Positions 38,690 to 47,482 of a DNA stretch of 64,000 bases are shown here, in pieces. How positions within the stretch are numbered: the first letter of the stretch is position 1; each line of letters starts with the position of its first letter. The stretch covers positions 32,001 to 96,000 of the forward strand of contig CAVYSE010000025.1 of assembly GCA_963771075.1 (NCBI GenBank). The letters are read 5' to 3'. Origin of the DNA: a candidate division FCPU426 bacterium (lineage in GTDB: Bacteria > Oederibacteriota > Muellerivitia > Muellerivitales > Muellerivitaceae). The position numbers were made by a program, and so were the translations under genes. The notes beneath the pieces were generated by a model, which saw only the letters and a program-made list of their open reading frames with translations, ran no database searches and was not told the origin of the DNA.

Positions 38690-39514
38690 ATGTCGAATTT
38701 CTTTTCCGTGATGGCATTGCCCATGCTGGCGTGCCTGCTGTTGGTGTTGATCCTTCCCTCCTTGGGCCAGCATGTGCTGGCCCGGGGGGTCATCTTCGTG
38801 GACCTGGCCCTGGCCCAGATCGCGGCCTTGGGGCAAAGCGTGGCCTTCCTCCAGGGCGCCGAACCCCATGACCCGGCCACCTATTACTGGTCGTTCGGTT
38901 TCACCCTCTTGGGGGCGGCCCTCTTCAGTTTCCTTTGGGACCGGGGCCACTCCGTGCTCCAGGAAGCCTTCATCGGAATCGCCTTCGCTTTCGCGACGGC
39001 CACCTCCCTTCTCCTCTTGGCCAACTCGCCCCATGGGGCGGAGCACGTCCAAGGAACCTTGAGCGGGGAGGCCTTGGGATGGGTCACCTGGAAAGACATC
39101 GCGATCATGGCGGTCTTTTACGCCCTGGTGGGGGCTTTTCTTTATAAGAAACACAAGACCCTAATGCTTTGCTCCAGTGACCCGAAGGAAGCCGCCCGCC
39201 AGGGTATATCCTTGAAGCTTTGGGACTTCCTCTTTTATATGGCCTTCGGGCTGGTGGTTACCGACGCCGTCAGGGTTTCGGGAGTGCTGGCGGTCTTCTC
39301 GTTCCTGATCGTGCCCATTGTTTGCGCCAACTTGATGGGTCACAAGAGCCACCACCGGCTTTATTGGGCTTGGAGCATCGGGTTGGTGATATCGGTCTTG
39401 GGCTCGGTGCTTTCGTACGTGAAAGACTGGCCGATGGGCGCGACCGTGGTCTGCATGTTCGGTTTAGCGGTCATCGTGATTTCAATCGCCACAAGGATGA
39501 AAAACGCGGAATAA
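38690..39514 (+). CDS. Metal ABC transporter permease (ABC-3, ZnuB/MntB-like)
   Basis: GVIFVDLALAQIAALG, EAA-like loop DPKEAARQG, GVLAVFSFLIVP. Confidence 0.88.
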   Translation: MSNFFSVMALPMLACLLLVLILPSLGQHVLARGVIFVDLALAQIAALGQSVAFLQGAEPHDPATYYWSFGFTLLGAALFSFLWDRGHSVLQEAFIGIAFAFATATSLLLLANSPHGAEHVQGTLSGEALGWVTWKDIAIMAVFYALVGAFLYKKHKTLMLCSSDPKEAARQGISLKLWDFLFYMAFGLVVTDAVRVSGVLAVFSFLIVPIVCANLMGHKSHHRLYWAWSIGLVISVLGSVLSYVKDWPMGATVVCMFGLAVIVISIATRMKNAE

Positions 39515-39520
39515 AACCTA

Positions 39521-39651
39521 GTTTTATCCATCGATGCATAGGTTTCATGGGATAAAACAAACATTAAAAGTTGCAAAGGCTGCTTTGGCATTTCATAAAT
39601 AGAAAACCTTAAAGCCTTTGCCTATCCCAGCACATCCCTTGTATTCGCGGT
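39521..39651. repeat. Copy of the CCAC-GATGCATGGG family with a degenerate partner arm
   Basis: 39528-39553 CCATCGATGCATAGGTTTCATGGGAT is 20/26 identical to the reverse complement of 17539-17564; local perfect IR GTTTTATCC/GGATAAAAC. Confidence 0.55.
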
Positions 39652-39674
39652 TAATTGTCCTTGTTTTTTTAGTA

Positions 39675-39720
39675 AAACAAAAAAGCCGCCCCCCTTTCAG
39701 GGGGCGGCTTTTACTTTATT
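39675..39720. terminator. Bidirectional intrinsic terminator between the metal operon and tatA
   Basis: AAAAGCCGCCCCC-CTTTCA-GGGGGCGGCTTTT with A/T tails. Confidence 0.9.
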
Positions 39721-39726
39721 AAAGGA

Positions 39727-39999
39727 CTATGAAATTACCGACTTTGGCGGATCGGCGGGCTTGTTCTCGACCGGCTGCGTTGGAGCAGCTGCAGCAGGCG
39801 TTTGCGCCTGGATTTGGGCCTGGGGGGCAGGTTGGGGAGATGTATTCGGCGAATTGGAGGTCGTATCCCCGTTCGCGGCCTTTTTAAATTCCCTGATCGC
39901 CTCGCCCATGGCCTTGGCCAAATCGGGCAATTTTTGAGGCCCGAAAAGCAACATCGCCACAATGAATAGAAGCAACAACTCCCCGAAACGTCCGCCCAT
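39727..39999 (-). CDS. tatA: Twin-arginine translocase subunit TatA/E
   Basis: ELLLLFIVAMLLFGPQKLPDLAKAMGEAIREFKKA; RBS AGGAG. Confidence 0.92.
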   Translation of the reverse strand: MGGRFGELLLLFIVAMLLFGPQKLPDLAKAMGEAIREFKKAANGDTTSNSPNTSPQPAPQAQIQAQTPAAAAPTQPVENKPADPPKSVIS

Positions 40000-40184
40000 G
40001 TGAATCTCCTGAATGAAAGTGTGTTTATTGTAGAAACTCGGCCCGGCGAAGTAAAGATGTACTCAGGTTCAAAATTTTAAAATGTTCTGATTCTCCCGCT
40101 TTTTCCAACCCTATTTTAGCAGGCCAGCCGGGTTTGGATTATGATCATTCTAACCTAAAATAACGAAATCCCAGAGGAACACGA

Positions 40185-42464
40185 TTGAATCCTTTCAAAA
40201 CATCTACCGTGGTTTCCCGACCCGAAAGTTCTCGATACCTTTCCCCACCATTTCTCTTGTTATATCTCTGCTTGAGTCTCGCGGCTTATTTCCAATGTTT
40301 AATCTTGGGGGGCACTTTTTTCGACGGGGATCTGTTGCGGAATACGGCGATATTCTGGCCTTTCCTGAAAGAAGCCCTCGCCAAAGGTACCATCCCACTT
40401 TGGAACCCATTCCTTCTCGCGGGCCAGCCCTTTTGGTCCGACCCGGATTTCGGTTCTTCCTATCCGCTCCTCTATCCTTTTCTTTTTTTCCCCATTCATT
40501 ACGGCCTTGCTTTGTTTTTATCTTTCCACCTTTTCTTGGCGATGGCGGGGACCCATGTTTGGGCACGAAAAATGGGGCTCTCAGCTTTCGCCGGTTTCTG
40601 GACCACACTTTCATTCACTTTTTGCGGACTATTCACCATGGAGATTTGTTATCCGACCATCTTCTCCGCCCTTTCCTGGCTTCCCTGGTTTCTGGCATGC
40701 CTGGAAACACACGTCCAAACCCGGGATTCTCGTTCAGCACGTAATGCCGGCTTCGCCCTCTCGCTGTTAACTCTAGCCGGCAGCCCTCAAATTTTTCTGG
40801 GCGCCGTCTACCTTGGATTCTTTTATTTTCTTTCCCGAGGCGGTTTTGCGGGTCAAATAAATAACGGGCCGGTTTCCTTCCGGGGAATGACGCGATCTTT
40901 TGTTTCTTTTCTTTGGGGTTTCACTCCGGGGCTGCTGGCCTGGATTCCCTTTTATGATTTCGCAAGGTTTTCCGACCGAATGTTGAGCAAACCCGACTAT
41001 GTAAGTTTCACCGGTTTGTCGCTCTCTCCCGGTGACTGGTATCGGTTCATGTTTCCGTTACGTCCAGTGGGTTTCGCGCTCAACGGGTCGCTTCCTGAAA
41101 AGGCCATTTTTTCCACCGAAACATATCTCGGTCTTTGGGTGCCCTTTTTCGCGTTGCTGGGACTATTTTCACCGGGTCAAAAACGCTTTAAGTTTATGAC
41201 CGCCCTGTTCTCCTTGTTCTTCTACTTGATCGCCTTTGGGGGAAACCTGCCGTTACACCCCTGGCTTTTTTCCAATGTTCCCGGTTTCGGGCTCCTTAGG
41301 GGACCCTTCCGGTTCGTCTTTATTTATCAGATCCTCACTTGCCTGCTCGCGGGACTGGGTTTTGAGTATTGGATCAAGCGTCCAGCGACTTCCAAAGGGG
41401 ATTCAAGAATTTGGAAGGCTATCGCATACCTGGCCTTTCTATGGGTTGGAGCATTTTGTTCCCGCTGGAATGAACCCGTGCTTTTGGGCCTGGCATCCAT
41501 TGCGGGTTTGGGACTGGTGGTTCTTGAACTGTTTCCCGGTAAACCGCGATGGGGCCTGGGGATCTTCTTTCTTGCCGTCCTAGCGGGCTCCCTGGTGGGA
41601 ACCTGGGATTTCCGTTCTTCCCGGCTGGGCGCCCAGGATGCCTTGGACATCCAAAAAGTCGCACCTTATTACCAACAGGTAGCGGAACAGATCGACGGAT
41701 CTCGTTTTTTTCAAGGGGATCATATTCCTTTTGCAGTGGAAACGGAAAAAAGTGTGATTCGAGAGGAACTACCGGCCAATGCGCCCTGTCTTTTCCACCT
41801 GAAGAACGCGGGAGGATACCGGCCCCTGAGTTTATTGGCGCGTGGACAACTTTACACGACTCCCTTCCCCACCTTTCTTCGGCTGATGGCGATCCAGGGA
41901 TTCGCCACCGGCAATGAAAAAGGAATGGTTCCCGGTTTTAACAGGCAGGCCTGGGGACCCGTCTTTTTTTATACCGCCCAAGAACCCCACCCGATGGTTT
42001 ATGCACCCCGACAATGGAGTGTCGTATCCGATTCAAGCCTTCGCCTGGCTCAAATGGGCGAAAAGGGATTTAATCCCTACGAACTATCCATCCTGAGCGA
42101 AGACCCGGGCAAGCCCGCGCCATTGGGTCATTCAAACACAATGGAATCGGTCCGGCTGATTGAGGAAAAGTTAGATCACCAGATTTTTCGAATCCGATTG
42201 ACGGCCCCAAGCTTGGTGGTTTTTTCCGAATCCAATTTTCCCGGCTGGAAAGCTTCACTGGACGGGGCTCCGGCCAATCTCCTCACCGCCAATCACCTCT
42301 TCCGGGGCCTATTCATCCCGGAGGGGGATCACGAGGTGCGTTTTGCGTTCCAACCCGTTTGGATGCGGCTGATGGTTTTTCTTTTCATGATTTGGCTGGT
42401 CATGGTGGTAATGTTTGTTTCCCCGATCTCAACAAAAATCCATCAATACAAAAACGAGACTTGA
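40185..42464 (+). CDS. YfhO-family membrane protein (GT-C fold)
   Basis: GD...IPLWNPFLLAGQPF, YLG, LRGPFRF, C-terminal SESNFPGWKA..DG...RG...EG.HEV.F.F. Confidence 0.85.
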   Translation: MNPFKTSTVVSRPESSRYLSPPFLLLYLCLSLAAYFQCLILGGTFFDGDLLRNTAIFWPFLKEALAKGTIPLWNPFLLAGQPFWSDPDFGSSYPLLYPFLFFPIHYGLALFLSFHLFLAMAGTHVWARKMGLSAFAGFWTTLSFTFCGLFTMEICYPTIFSALSWLPWFLACLETHVQTRDSRSARNAGFALSLLTLAGSPQIFLGAVYLGFFYFLSRGGFAGQINNGPVSFRGMTRSFVSFLWGFTPGLLAWIPFYDFARFSDRMLSKPDYVSFTGLSLSPGDWYRFMFPLRPVGFALNGSLPEKAIFSTETYLGLWVPFFALLGLFSPGQKRFKFMTALFSLFFYLIAFGGNLPLHPWLFSNVPGFGLLRGPFRFVFIYQILTCLLAGLGFEYWIKRPATSKGDSRIWKAIAYLAFLWVGAFCSRWNEPVLLGLASIAGLGLVVLELFPGKPRWGLGIFFLAVLAGSLVGTWDFRSSRLGAQDALDIQKVAPYYQQVAEQIDGSRFFQGDHIPFAVETEKSVIREELPANAPCLFHLKNAGGYRPLSLLARGQLYTTPFPTFLRLMAIQGFATGNEKGMVPGFNRQAWGPVFFYTAQEPHPMVYAPRQWSVVSDSSLRLAQMGEKGFNPYELSILSEDPGKPAPLGHSNTMESVRLIEEKLDHQIFRIRLTAPSLVVFSESNFPGWKASLDGAPANLLTANHLFRGLFIPEGDHEVRFAFQPVWMRLMVFLFMIWLVMVVMFVSPISTKIHQYKNET

Positions 42465-42475
42465 CTGGCGCGGGC

Positions 42476-44133
42476 TTAGAACGATTCCTTCCCCCCGGCC
42501 TTTTTCGTTATCAACTGGAATACATCAAAATACCCATGAAACACTTGCTTGCGGACAACCTGGGACCTACCCCTTTTTGCAAAATAGTCTTCCAATGGAC
42601 CGGGCGGGTCGCTGATCAGCCAAAAAATGTCCGGTCGATCCACCGTATCTTTCAGAAAATCACGGATATGGAACTGAGCGAGTCGCTCATCGCCATAGGG
42701 GGTTTTCTCAAACCACCACATCCAAAGGGCCCGGAAATCCTTCATACTGTCATCCGATTCAAAAATGGGGAACCCCGAAAAAGGGAAAGAGGATCCTGTG
42801 ATGATAAAAAGTTGATCCTGCCGGGGGGATAGGGCCTTCATGGAATCGAGAATGGCTTGACGCACTTGCGGGCCTGGCCGATTGCTCAAATAATCCGCCG
42901 AAAGGGTTCGGGAAGCGAAAAAAAACAATAAAAGAACGAGAGCCAACTTGAGTGATCTTCGGTCGAATGGGGCGGCTAGCGGGATCCCCTTTGCGGGAAG
43001 AAGAAACAATAATATGAGAATGGACAAGAATATCTGGGGCCAGAAAACCCGGGCCACGATCTTGTTTAAACAAAGCAGAAGGATATCCAAGAACAACGCC
43101 CAAACAACCGGCCCCCAGGAACCGCCTCCACCGATTCCATTCAGCGCCACGCAAACAAGCAAGCCCACCAGGAGAAATTGAACGACATTGTTTTGGGATA
43201 AACCCATGATCAAGTCCCATTTGACCCCGGGGTCCGCCGGGAGGAGGTCATCCAATCTTTTGAGGTTTTCTAAGCTAAAAGAAGGATTTTCGTAAAACCC
43301 CTTGATAAAAACCTGGTAGTCCTCCGGCGCCCAACCCACTGAGCGAAATGCCTTTTCTTGACGATCGAATTGGGTGATTTTCACTTCGCCGATGGAAAAA
43401 CGCTTATCGTAATATTCCCGGGCTTCCTTCCATCCGTCGTGGGAGGAAACATAGGATCGGTCAAAACCTACGCAGAGCAAGATGAGCAGGGCGGTGACAG
43501 AAAGAACGGCGAGCCGCTTTCGCTCCCCCCCGTTTCCCGGTCCTGGCGGAAAGCTTGATACAGGTAAAAGGATGAGGCCGCTATTGAAAAAAGGGAGGGT
43601 TCCAGGCGGATCAAGGAGGCACCAAAAATCAGAAAAGAAGCTAGTCCCAAGACGATAGGGCGGGGCCGACAGGGATTGGCCAAGAGGAAAATACCCGCCT
43701 GAACCGCCAGGAAACAATAAACCGTATATTGAGGCCAGGCATAGCAATGAAAAAAAACGGGTGTCCCGACGGCGAAAAAAACATATATCGCCCAGGGAGA
43801 CCTTTCTCTCGAAAAAAAAGCGGCCCCCAGGGCCCAGACGGAAATAAAAAAAAAGGAATACAACCCCCATCCATACCATGAAATATGGGGCAAAATCAGG
43901 TTCAGGTTTTTCAAAATGATCCCCAACAGCACATTCACGACGATGAGAAACTCGGAAGGCCGATCCACTAGCACGATTCCGCGGGTGATCCAATTCATCG
44001 CCATGTCATCGCTGGTTTGGAAAAAAGGCGTGAAAAACAACCACCCCAGGAAGAAATAGATGCAGGTAATGCCGAGGGAAGCCAAAAAGGGCCGCCGAAA
44101 GGGGAAAAGGAGGAGGGATTCTTTTTCTTCCAT
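42476..44133 (-). CDS. Polytopic membrane protein (glycosyltransferase-like), frameshifted in a G7 run at 43525-43531; probably leaderless
   Basis: ORF 43468-44169 (FQTSDD..M, TMs) joins ORF 42476-43993 at the run; TATAAT-N6-ATG at 44131-44145. Confidence 0.7.
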
Positions 44134-44296
44134 AGGGAAATTATAACCGTCCCGCAGAAAAAGAGTCACTTTCAGCCTTTCCCGCGTCTGGAAATTAATT
44201 TGACGACAGCCGTTTCAACTTTGAATTAAACTGAATTCTCAAAGCCGGGCTCTGCCGCGGCGTTGAAACGAATCAATTTCATCCAAAGGCTCTCCC

Positions 44297-45442
44297 TTGT
44301 CCACCGTCCCGGCGAAAGACCATTTCCAAATCGTCGATTTGACCCGCACTTTCGCCATCCTCACCGTCATGGCCCTCCATTTGAAACCCACCCTCTATCT
44401 TTCCAAGGAACCTTGGTTCCAGCGTTTTTGGCAGGCTTTTCAGCAAAATGGCATTTATGGCGTCATTATTTTTTTCGTGGTTTCCGGCTTCCTGATCACC
44501 CGCGTCTTAGCCGCGCGATCGCCCTCGCTCTTTCAAGCACGTTTCCCGGTTTTTTACGTCCAGCGCATCGGCCGAATCTTCCCCCTCTATTTCCTCGTGA
44601 TTTTCACCGGGGTTTGTGTCCTCTTGTTTTGTCCAGGGGGTTCCCGGAGTTTTTTATACTGTTTTGGAGACCCCCAGGTTCTCACCCATCCCCTCTTTTC
44701 ACTTTGCCTGGTCACCTTTAATTTCAACTGGTGGAGCGCCACTTCGGGAATTTCCCTCGCGGTTTTTTTTAGCGTACTGTGGTCCCTTTCCGTGGAGGAG
44801 CAATTTTACCTGGGCTATCCCTGGCTCCTTAAAAAGCTTGGCAACCTGCGGAATCTTCTATGGTGTTTGGGCGCGATGGTGGCCTTGGCGGTCACTTGGA
44901 GAGCGTTCATTTATCGCTTCGCCCGGAATGATTTCGGTTTAAGCACCCGCTTCACCTTCGGCGTCCTGGACTCTTTCGCCATAGGCATTTTATTGTTTGT
45001 CGTTTCGAACCTTTACGATCCCTGGCTGCGGGAGAGGAAAAACACCTGTCGCTTGATCTGCCTGGGCGGCTTGCTTTTGATTACGCTTATTTATTTTGGT
45101 TCCTTCGCCCTGGAAGGTACCAACTTGGTCTTTGCGCCCACCCTGATTTCCATGGGGGTTTTCGGCTTTCTCCTGGGAGGGCGGCATCTTCCTCTCTTGG
45201 AGTCGCCCTTCCTACGGTGCCTTTCCTGGCCCGGCAAGTACTGTTACGGCAATTACTTGTTTCACGGGGCCGTCCTTTATTTGTTGCACCCCGTCCTCGT
45301 CAAGCTCCATACCGCGCTAGCGTTTTTTCTGTTTGTGGGGATCACCACCTGCCTAGCCGCCCTCTCTTACCGATTCTTTGAGGCACCGGCGAACCGGTGG
45401 ATCCGCGAAAAATTATTATTTTTAAAAAATAACACCGTATGA
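44297..45442 (+). CDS. Acyltransferase family 3 (OafA-like O-acyltransferase)
   Basis: DLTR.FAIL.V..H, GV..FFVVSGFLIT, R..RIFPLY, WSLSVEEQFYL, SYRFFEAP. Confidence 0.92.
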   Translation: MSTVPAKDHFQIVDLTRTFAILTVMALHLKPTLYLSKEPWFQRFWQAFQQNGIYGVIIFFVVSGFLITRVLAARSPSLFQARFPVFYVQRIGRIFPLYFLVIFTGVCVLLFCPGGSRSFLYCFGDPQVLTHPLFSLCLVTFNFNWWSATSGISLAVFFSVLWSLSVEEQFYLGYPWLLKKLGNLRNLLWCLGAMVALAVTWRAFIYRFARNDFGLSTRFTFGVLDSFAIGILLFVVSNLYDPWLRERKNTCRLICLGGLLLITLIYFGSFALEGTNLVFAPTLISMGVFGFLLGGRHLPLLESPFLRCLSWPGKYCYGNYLFHGAVLYLLHPVLVKLHTALAFFLFVGITTCLAALSYRFFEAPANRWIREKLLFLKNNTV

Positions 45443-46923
45443 CCCAAAATCTTTCCAAAGCGCCAAGTCCATGGCGATGGATATTGGGAATGGTCATCCT
45501 CGTATCCCATTCCTCCGCGTGGTGCGATTCCTTGGAAGGGACCTGGCAGGGTCGGTTGGATCTGGGCTTGGCCAAGTTTCGGGTGGCCCTTGCGATACAA
45601 ATGGATTCACTTGGGAAAACCCGTGTTTTCTTCAACAACATCGACGACGGCATTTATGACGAACCCGCCGTTATCATTGATGATTCGGATCCCTTGCTGA
45701 AAATCAGGCTGGAGAAGAGTCAAATTTTGATCCTTGGATTTAAAAGCAATAAGCAATATTTATCCGGAACCTATCTCCAAGCGAATGGAAATTTCGAGAA
45801 GGAGGGGCTGGCCTCCCCTTTAACCTTGAGGGCCGGGAAGGATTACCTGTTTCCCAGGTTGGACAGCCGGGGAAATCCCCAAACCGGGTATACCTACCAG
45901 GCGCCCGTTGCGGTGGGAGATGGCTGGAAGATTGGGGATCTATCCGCAAAAGGCGCATTACTTTTCGAATCAGGTATTAAGAAGATTTTGGATGGGACCT
46001 TCCCTCACATCCACGGTGTTGCTGTGGCCCAAGGTGGACGGCTTTTGGCGGATGAGACATTTTACGGATATTCCTCACCGGATCCCCACCCGGTTCAATC
46101 CATCACCAAATCCGTTTTTTCCCTTCTATTCGGAATTGCCCGGGACAAAGGCTTAATTCAAACCAATCAAAAACTATTTGATTATTTTCCCGAGTACCTG
46201 TCCCAAAAAAGATGGGATCCCAGAAAGAACCAAATCACCCTGGAGCATCTGTTGACCATGTCCTCCGGTTTTGATTGTTCCGATTGGAATGATGCGCAAG
46301 ATTGTTCTTGGGGCATGGTAAAGTCGAATGATTGGCAGGACTTCGCCCTGTCCAAACCCTTGGTCCAGAACCCCGGGACCCAATTTGCCTACTGTGGAAC
46401 CTGCCTCTTGCCGCTCTCGGTAATTCTCGATAAGGTCAGCGGATTGAGCGTTCCTGAGTTTGCCCAGAAATATCTTTTTGATCCGCTGGATATCCATTCG
46501 GCCCAATGGGTCAACGCGCCTTCCGCCGGTACCACCGTCGTGCCCGTTTCTTTCGGCCTTTCTATGACACCGAGGGACCTTGCCAAAATCGGTCTCTTGG
46601 TCTTGCAGAAGGGTCTATGGAGCGGAAAACAGATCGTGTCGGAGGATTGGATCAAGCAATCCACTTCGCTTCAAGTTCCCCGTAACCAAACGAACAAAAA
46701 ATATGATTATGGCTATTTATGGTGGGAAACCGAGATGCCCGCCGGGGACAAGATGGTTAAAATCATCATGGGTTGGGGTGCGGGAGGCAATTATCTCTTC
46801 ATTGTGCCGGAGAAGGACCTGGTCTGCGTCGTCACCGCCGGGAATTACGGCGATTCAAAGACGGCCCAGGTTTCCCTGAAGTTGTTCCAGGATTACGTCC
46901 TGCCAGCCTTTTCCATGCCTTAA
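45439..46923 (+). CDS. Secreted serine hydrolase (beta-lactamase class C/6-aminohexanoate-dimer hydrolase-like) with an extra N-terminal domain
   Basis: QSITKS (SxxK), LLTMSSG, PGTQFAY, YGYLWW, GAGGN. Confidence 0.87.
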   Translation: MTQNLSKAPSPWRWILGMVILVSHSSAWCDSLEGTWQGRLDLGLAKFRVALAIQMDSLGKTRVFFNNIDDGIYDEPAVIIDDSDPLLKIRLEKSQILILGFKSNKQYLSGTYLQANGNFEKEGLASPLTLRAGKDYLFPRLDSRGNPQTGYTYQAPVAVGDGWKIGDLSAKGALLFESGIKKILDGTFPHIHGVAVAQGGRLLADETFYGYSSPDPHPVQSITKSVFSLLFGIARDKGLIQTNQKLFDYFPEYLSQKRWDPRKNQITLEHLLTMSSGFDCSDWNDAQDCSWGMVKSNDWQDFALSKPLVQNPGTQFAYCGTCLLPLSVILDKVSGLSVPEFAQKYLFDPLDIHSAQWVNAPSAGTTVVPVSFGLSMTPRDLAKIGLLVLQKGLWSGKQIVSEDWIKQSTSLQVPRNQTNKKYDYGYLWWETEMPAGDKMVKIIMGWGAGGNYLFIVPEKDLVCVVTAGNYGDSKTAQVSLKLFQDYVLPAFSMP

Positions 46924-46949
46924 ATGCAGTCCCCTTGGGGCAATCGGTC

Positions 46950-47252
46950 TTAACCCATAACCTCGGGAAGGGATTTCACTTTTTCCGGGCCGGGTTTCGC
47001 CCACCGCTTGAGCGAATAGACATTATCCGCCAGCTTCACCGTCAGGAACCTTGGGAAATGCAACTCAGTCATCTTGATTCGGATGATCTCGTGCATTTTT
47101 TCCACCGTCATTTCCGAATCCGTAAAACCCCCTAATTGATAACAACGGCGGCAGTAGGTTTCCGTAATGACGCCGTTTCTTTCCCTTCCCTTATCCGAGT
47201 CTTTCCTCAAGGGCGAGCCACAGCTTTGACAAACCGTTTTCGATTTAAACAT
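46950..47252 (-). CDS. Zinc-ribbon domain protein
   Basis: CQSCGSPL...YCRRCYQLGGF...LKRW. Confidence 0.85.
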   Translation of the reverse strand: MFKSKTVCQSCGSPLRKDSDKGRERNGVITETYCRRCYQLGGFTDSEMTVEKMHEIIRIKMTELHFPRFLTVKLADNVYSLKRWAKPGPEKVKSLPEVMG

Positions 47253-47395
47253 GGAATCAACCTTTCAGGACTTAACCGGCGGGCGAGGAGAACCTTGTGG
47301 GACCAAAGTGGCTCGTGTCGAATAGGTCCATTTCACTATAGGCTTTATCCCCAGGAAAAGCAGGGTTAAGACGCAAATAGTTGAAAAATAGATGC

Positions 47396-47414
47396 CCACG
47401 GGCAGAGCCCGTGG
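47396..47414. repeat. Perfect 8-bp GC hairpin (REP-like, or terminator stem downstream of polA)
   Basis: CCACGGGC-AGA-GCCCGTGG. Confidence 0.5.
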
Positions 47415-47482
47415 AACTCAAAGCTGGCGATTAGAACAGCCTTCGGACCTTAGAGCATCAGGAATTCTTATTCGGTTTTCTG

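Noticed and set aside
15741..39651. CRISPR array interpretation of the 26-nt repeats
   Set aside because: Copies are dispersed, degenerate and in both orientations, with no regular spacers or cas genes
45439..46923. Beta-lactam resistance gene
   Set aside because: The SxxK fold is shared by many esterases/amidases; the class C YxN and KTG motifs are not present (YCG, GWG)
40185..47252. Genomic island (strand switch, T-rich sequence)
   Set aside because: The composition is explained by Phe/Leu-rich membrane proteins; no integrase, tRNA or att repeats were seen
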